IMG/VR virus record: IMGVR_UViG_3300031565_005154 | Direction: 5' to 3' (one strand) | Length of the DNA stretch: 30,126 bases | DNA from: a virus | Shown: piece by piece, positions 25,730 to 30,126 of the stretch | Numbering within the stretch: position 1 is the stretch's first letter | Layout of the letters: each line of letters starts with the position of its first letter | Notes under the pieces: generated by a model | What the model was told of the DNA's origin: nothing | Database searches by the model: none | What the model saw: only the letters and a program-made list of their open reading frames with translations | Program-made: the position numbers and the translations under genes

Positions 25730-26076
25730 CGGACTATTTCTCCAACCCTGTTTGTATAGAATACTTCTACTGGATACTGCTTCAATATCTGTTGACACTT
25801 TTTGCACGGCTTAGCCATAACCAAACCTTTAGTATTTATACGCAGTACCAGGATTGTTATATCGCTATATCTATTCCATGCTCTAATTCTATTGAGTTTA
25901 TGGATTAATACTTCTTCTGCGTGTTCTGTCCATTTCCCTGGTATGCCACCTACTCTTCTATTGTGTGCATTGGCTATGATTTGCCCGTTTGAAGTGAAAG
26001 CTATGGCACTTACTTTAGCTCTTTTGACATTACCATACCCAGCAACCCGTTTTGCAGTACTTAGTTGAGTAAGCAT
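25711..26076 (-). CDS. Cytidine/deoxycytidylate deaminase-superfamily protein
   Basis: HAEE and MAKPCKKC zinc motifs; VFYT. Confidence 0.82.
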   Translation of the reverse strand: MLTQLSTAKRVAGYGNVKRAKVSAIAFTSNGQIIANAHNRRVGGIPGKWTEHAEEVLIHKLNRIRAWNRYSDITILVLRINTKGLVMAKPCKKCQQILKQYPVEVFYTNRVGEIVRWHCNS

Positions 26077-26093
26077 TTATTTTGGTTCCCATA

Positions 26094-26675
26094 TTATTTT
26101 GTGTTGACTGCTTCTGGCCACAGTGACGATATGCACTCTAGTAATTGATCATGGTTTGGGTATCCGCCCTGATCGTCCACACTCTCTACGGCGCTTTGAT
26201 CGTTATCCCCAAACCACGTATGTGCGTAGGAGGACCAATCTTCTGGAAGTTTATTCTTATCAATCTTTTCTTTTACTTGATAAAACGAATCTTTGATATT
26301 TTCCAATGTTGCTTCGTACTCTCGCTCGCAATACTCCATTTCGTCGAGGACTGGGTATTCAGATAACCTGTCGATGATTCCGCAAAGTGTTTTGTAGGCT
26401 TCGGTATTTACACGAACGGCCACAGCGTTAATCCACCCGGCTGCCCAATGGCTAAATTCCATAAAAAGTACATCATTATCGAATGGTTTTAGGGCTTCTC
26501 TTATGATGTCTGCGTTGGACTGATCCAGTAGACCCGAATCACGATGATTCAAGTGGTAGATGCAGAAATCGTCCGCGTCGTCAGGCCGTTTGAACCAGAT
26601 GAACGAATCGAATTCGTGCCAATTTCCAGCTTCCGGGTATGTTTGTTTAGTTTGCATTATATTATCTGTATCCAA
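26094..26675 (-). CDS. Hypothetical acidic phage protein
   Basis: 193-aa ORF; RDS.LL..SN, HWA.GW, YPVLDE motifs. Confidence 0.7.
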   Translation of the reverse strand: MDTDNIMQTKQTYPEAGNWHEFDSFIWFKRPDDADDFCIYHLNHRDSGLLDQSNADIIREALKPFDNDVLFMEFSHWAAGWINAVAVRVNTEAYKTLCGIIDRLSEYPVLDEMEYCEREYEATLENIKDSFYQVKEKIDKNKLPEDWSSYAHTWFGDNDQSAVESVDDQGGYPNHDQLLECISSLWPEAVNTK

Positions 26676-27075
26676 TCACTTCTACCCTTTGATGACCATT
26701 AGAACACCTAGTACGAGTTACACTTCTTCCACGAGACTCCTGTTCTCTCCGGACCTTGTGGAAGGCGTAGTTTCCCGTGAGTTGTCCTCTCCACGTAGCC
26801 CCATACTTTCCAGAGTCATATTCAGAGATAATGGCCTCGTAACTACCATCTTCAGTTTTTACGAAACCTAAATCGTTCGATGCGCTGCCAATATGTTTTC
26901 GACGAATGATGATGTGGGCTGTCTCTGCTCGTTGATCTCCATGGTAACCGAAAAGGTGTTGTGGATTAGTATGGACTTCTATTTGTTCGGTAGTCCAATT
27001 GCCCGTTTCTAGGAGGGCTTCTACTAGGACGTTGCAGTCCTTAAATTGGGTCTTTACGGTGGCGTATCTGCTCAT
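26662..27075 (-). CDS. DUF1257 (Ycf35-like) protein
   Basis: MS.Y.TVKTQFKD...LVEAL, GYHGD.R...A.III, NDLGF....DG.YE.I; start moved to ATG at 27075 after CAGGAG. Confidence 0.82.
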   Translation of the reverse strand: MSRYATVKTQFKDCNVLVEALLETGNWTTEQIEVHTNPQHLFGYHGDQRAETAHIIIRRKHIGSASNDLGFVKTEDGSYEAIISEYDSGKYGATWRGQLTGNYAFHKVRREQESRGRSVTRTRCSNGHQRVEVIGYR

Positions 27076-27079
27076 CTGT

Positions 27080-27586
27080 TTACTCCTGTGATTTAATCCA
27101 CTTTGCCCTGTCAAATGCATTCAGAGGTGGAGCTACCACCTCGTTGCCCTGGGCACTTTGTATTACTCGGTGACACACGCAATCACGTTCGCATTCTTCG
27201 CAAAATTCATCTTCATCATCATCACAATCGCCAAGTGGTTCGCAACCACATTCGCAGAATTTCACTCCATCTTCATAATATAATTCGTCACATTGACCAC
27301 AACGCGACATTTCATTATGCGTGCAGTGACAATGGGTGTAATATTCCCCACACGTAAGACAGCACGAATCATCGTCATAATCATCATCTTCGTCGCAATC
27401 GCAGTTACTGAGTGGTTCACAACAATCTGGACAACAATTCGCATCATCTAGTTCTGTTAGATAATTAGCTATATCGTTATATAAATCATACACTGCCTCT
27501 CTATTTAGTGCTGAACCGTGTGTAATTTGACCGTTATCCCATAATTCTTCAAATCTTCGTAGCATTTCGGCAGGATTTTTGTTCAC
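27080..27586 (-). CDS. Cys-rich acidic protein
   Basis: 21 Cys in about 90 aa interleaved with D/E runs; likely GTG start at 27586 after GAAAGGA. Confidence 0.65.
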   Translation of the reverse strand: MNKNPAEMLRRFEELWDNGQITHGSALNREAVYDLYNDIANYLTELDDANCCPDCCEPLSNCDCDEDDDYDDDSCCLTCGEYYTHCHCTHNEMSRCGQCDELYYEDGVKFCECGCEPLGDCDDDEDEFCEECERDCVCHRVIQSAQGNEVVAPPLNAFDRAKWIKSQE

Positions 27587-27599
27587 AATTTGATCCTTT

Positions 27600-28595
27600 C
27601 TATAAAGTGATTCGTCTCTGTAGTTCACCAATGAACTTTGACCCGCTTTCTCCTTCGGCTGCCGCTTTATTTCTGATAGCCTGGAGAGATGTTTCTATAC
27701 TATTTTTTATTGTAGCTGATTCAAAATCTTGAGATGTAACCCCCGAATCTAAGAACATATTTCGGAATTCAGTAAGCATGGTTTCTATTTCTACATCTCC
27801 GAAAATGTTCATTTGCTGGAAACGGTCAACATATTTACGGAAACAAGAAATAGATTTTGGTGTTAGCTTCTTTGCATCTGTTTCGTCACCAAATGGTTTA
27901 CCACTAATACGAGCGGTCATTAAATCACAGAATCGTATTGTTTCATTTCGCATCGACTTGACGTATTCTCCGACAAATTCTCCAACTTCTGTTTGCATTT
28001 GCTGACGTAGTTCTCCTTCTCGTTCGGTTTGAACGTTCTGACGGGCCATTATTTCTTCAACACTAGTTTCTTCTATAGACCCCATCCCAGCTATGCGAAA
28101 TGTGTACCAATTAAATTGGAATCGTTTTCTTAGGGCTTTGGGGTCTGAAGGGTAATGATTTTTTAAGCATTTATCCCAAAATTCTGGATGGCTATTTTGA
28201 ATTGTTTCTTTTAATTTATCGAAACGAGCGATGAAATTGTCTACTAAGATGAAAAATTCGTTTTTAAGTTCCCCAATTTGGCCTTCTACGGTGGGAAGCA
28301 TTTTTATTGGGACAAAGTGCGAACTACTGATACCAAATGGTACTGAAAATCTCTCTAAGGCTTTCCTAGCCCTTTGTTCAATTCTTGTTAACGCTTGTAT
28401 TTCGGCTTTAGGCACTAGAAGTTTGCGACCAAGATTACAAATATCTTCCGGAAGTTTGCTTGGGTCATAACCGACACTTATTAGGTCTGTGCGGGTTATC
28501 ATTTTCCTGGCACTCCACATACGCACTTTAAGATTGACAAGAGTACCTAGATCGAATAGATTGATAGCGTCTTTTTTCTGTAATGTTTCGCTCAT
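27600..28595 (-). CDS. DUF3150-like protein
   Basis: LVNL.V.MWSARK, LP.....LGRK.L, R....L...SVPF....FVP, F.F.W..F; start moved to ATG at 28595 (ATGA overlap, AAGGAG RBS). Confidence 0.72.
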   Translation of the reverse strand: MSETLQKKDAINLFDLGTLVNLKVRMWSARKMITRTDLISVGYDPSKLPEDICNLGRKLLVPKAEIQALTRIEQRARKALERFSVPFGISSSHFVPIKMLPTVEGQIGELKNEFFILVDNFIARFDKLKETIQNSHPEFWDKCLKNHYPSDPKALRKRFQFNWYTFRIAGMGSIEETSVEEIMARQNVQTEREGELRQQMQTEVGEFVGEYVKSMRNETIRFCDLMTARISGKPFGDETDAKKLTPKSISCFRKYVDRFQQMNIFGDVEIETMLTEFRNMFLDSGVTSQDFESATIKNSIETSLQAIRNKAAAEGESGSKFIGELQRRITL

Positions 28596-29239
28596 CTCAC
28601 TTTTCTCCTTTTGTTCACCGGGGTTGTTAAGGCTTTCCCTATTGGCCAGCCGTATTTCTGACATCTTTTCCACAATCTAAGGTAGGGAATGTTATATTCT
28701 TCTGCCCAGGCGGCCAAACATTGTGTTTTCCCATTATATGTTTCTAGGCGATTATTTCGTCTATTTCGACTATTTATTTTAGGAGTAGTCCAACGACAAT
28801 TTGATTTGCAATAATTTTTATTATTGTTTATTCTATCAATCTGGCAACCTTTTCGCACCTCGCCCATGTCTTCTAAGAAATTTGAGAATTTTATCCATTT
28901 TTTACCAACTTTAATTCCTCTCTCCCCATAAAGGTAATAATCTTGAGAATTAGGGTTAGTGCATCTTTGAATCATAGATGCCCATACTGTATAGGTCTTA
29001 GACAATTTACCTCTTCTACTATGGCCGTGTGTCATATTGATACTCGATACAATTTGTTTCTGCAAACAACCGCAGCTTTTAGTTTTATTTTTTATAAGAC
29101 TATAGCTAATAATTATTGTTTTATTACCACAATCACATAGACATAACCATTTATAACTTCCCCACTTATCTTTTCCAACTTGTTTTATAACAACAAGCCG
29201 TCCGAATTTTCTTCCGGTTAAATCAATTAATTTTGGCAT
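28592..29239 (-). CDS. HNH-type homing endonuclease-like protein (paralog of 6496..7137)
   Basis: DLTGRKFGRL, WLCLCDCG, TKSCGC, W.SMIQRCTNP, YG.RGI, IDRINN..NY.K.NCRW. Confidence 0.85.
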   Translation of the reverse strand: MPKLIDLTGRKFGRLVVIKQVGKDKWGSYKWLCLCDCGNKTIIISYSLIKNKTKSCGCLQKQIVSSINMTHGHSRRGKLSKTYTVWASMIQRCTNPNSQDYYLYGERGIKVGKKWIKFSNFLEDMGEVRKGCQIDRINNNKNYCKSNCRWTTPKINSRNRRNNRLETYNGKTQCLAAWAEEYNIPYLRLWKRCQKYGWPIGKALTTPVNKRRKVR

Positions 29240-29247
29240 AGCATATC

Positions 29248-30126
29248 CTAATTTAGAGAGACTTTTCTAACTTTTTCAATTTGCTTTCTGGGATTTGCCA
29301 TCTGGGTATGCTTCAGACACCATTCTTGAGTTGCTTTAATTTTTTCTGGCTCCACCCTGATTAGTGGGACAATTCCTTCTATAGCTGATTCAAGATGCGA
29401 TTGTTTTAATTGTTGTTTTTGAGCAAATGCAATTTTAAGTCCCATCTTAACCGCTTGTTCAATATCGGCTCCGACGAAACCAACCGCTTGTTCTGATAGT
29501 TTCTTAGTATTAAAAGATTCGCTGTCTCTACCTCTTTTAGATATGTGTATATTGAATATTTGTTGTTTTTCATCTTCATCTGGTAGATCGAAACCGAAGA
29601 GCGTATCGAATCTACCCGAACGAAGTAGTTCAACAGGCAGGGCACTAACATTATTTGCCGTTGCAACAACATAGACAGCAGATTCTCTGGAACTCATCCA
29701 CTTGAGGAAACTGGCGAATGTTCTCTTAGAAGTACCGCCATCAAGATCATTGTTCCCGCCAAAGGATTTTTCGATTTCATCGACCTGCAATACGCATGGA
29801 CTGATGCTTTCAATAATTTTAATGGCTTGCCTCATGTTCGCCTCAGATTGCCCGATGAAAGAACCCATAATGCTTCCTATATCAAGTGTAATTAATGGTA
29901 ATCCGAATTCCGCAGCAATTGCTATTGACATTAGGGTTTTTCCAGTTCCACTGACTCCTACGCAGAGTATTCCCTTGGGGTAATCAATCCCGAAATCACG
30001 AGCGGATTTGGTAAAACACGGTCTATCTAATTTGACATGATTTTTAATAGCTTCATACCCACCGACATCTGACATGCCTTTTATTTTAGGTTCGATATAT
30101 TGTAGAATACCTGACGCATTAATTAC
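29248..30126 (-). CDS. Ycf46-like AAA+ ATPase (partial, N-terminus beyond the right edge)
   Basis: Frame open to 30126 (VINASGILQYIEP...DVGG); PKGIL..GVSGTGKT, GQSEANMR, PCVLQVDEIEK, ATAN...LP.ELLRSGRFD, GADIEQ. Confidence 0.88.
   Translation of the reverse strand, partial: VINASGILQYIEPKIKGMSDVGGYEAIKNHVKLDRPCFTKSARDFGIDYPKGILCVGVSGTGKTLMSIAIAAEFGLPLITLDIGSIMGSFIGQSEANMRQAIKIIESISPCVLQVDEIEKSFGGNNDLDGGTSKRTFASFLKWMSSRESAVYVVATANNVSALPVELLRSGRFDTLFGFDLPDEDEKQQIFNIHISKRGRDSESFNTKKLSEQAVGFVGADIEQAVKMGLKIAFAQKQQLKQSHLESAIEGIVPLIRVEPEKIKATQEWCLKHTQMANPRKQIEKVRKVSLN

Noticed and set aside
260-29983. All plus-strand ORFs in the track (e.g. 369..974, 8698..9132, 10591..11025, 21067..21492)
   Set aside because: They are antisense shadows of well-supported minus-strand genes and show no recognisable motifs.
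1-30126. Stop-codon reassignment, tRNA or rRNA genes, strong Rho-independent terminators
   Set aside because: Recognisable genes are full length in the standard code. No cloverleaf or GC hairpin with a U-tract was seen by eye; tRNAscan and Infernal were not run.

Overview
Gene-dense fragment with about 50 genes, all plausible ones on the minus strand, standard genetic code and many overlapping start/stop codons. It looks like the replication and nucleotide-metabolism region of a large tailed phage or phage-like element; no virion genes are visible. All product calls come from motif recognition by eye; no searches were run. The left half carries a DnaB-like helicase (partial), Vsr/DUF559-like nuclease, dCMP deaminase, RecA, FmdB zinc ribbon, RNase HI, HNH homing endonuclease, Cas4/RecB-like nuclease, metallophosphoesterase, class II RNR (NrdJ), HD protein, exported serine protease, lipoprotein, sigma factor, ClpP, Xer recombinase and an intein-containing ThyX. 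The right half carries an orphan BrxL-like ATPase, peptide deformylase, a DUF262 protein, an IMPDH/GMPR-family enzyme, a stand-alone BRCT protein and a second deaminase. It also holds a dispersed Ycf46-type AAA+ / DUF3150 / DUF1257 / DUF2997 module ending in a candidate histone-fold protein. The best leads are that AAA+ module with the histone-like gene, the orphan BrxL, the ClpP lacking its canonical catalytic Asp within a xer-clpP-sigma cassette, and the HNH-type ThyX intein. No tRNA, rRNA or CRISPR array was seen.
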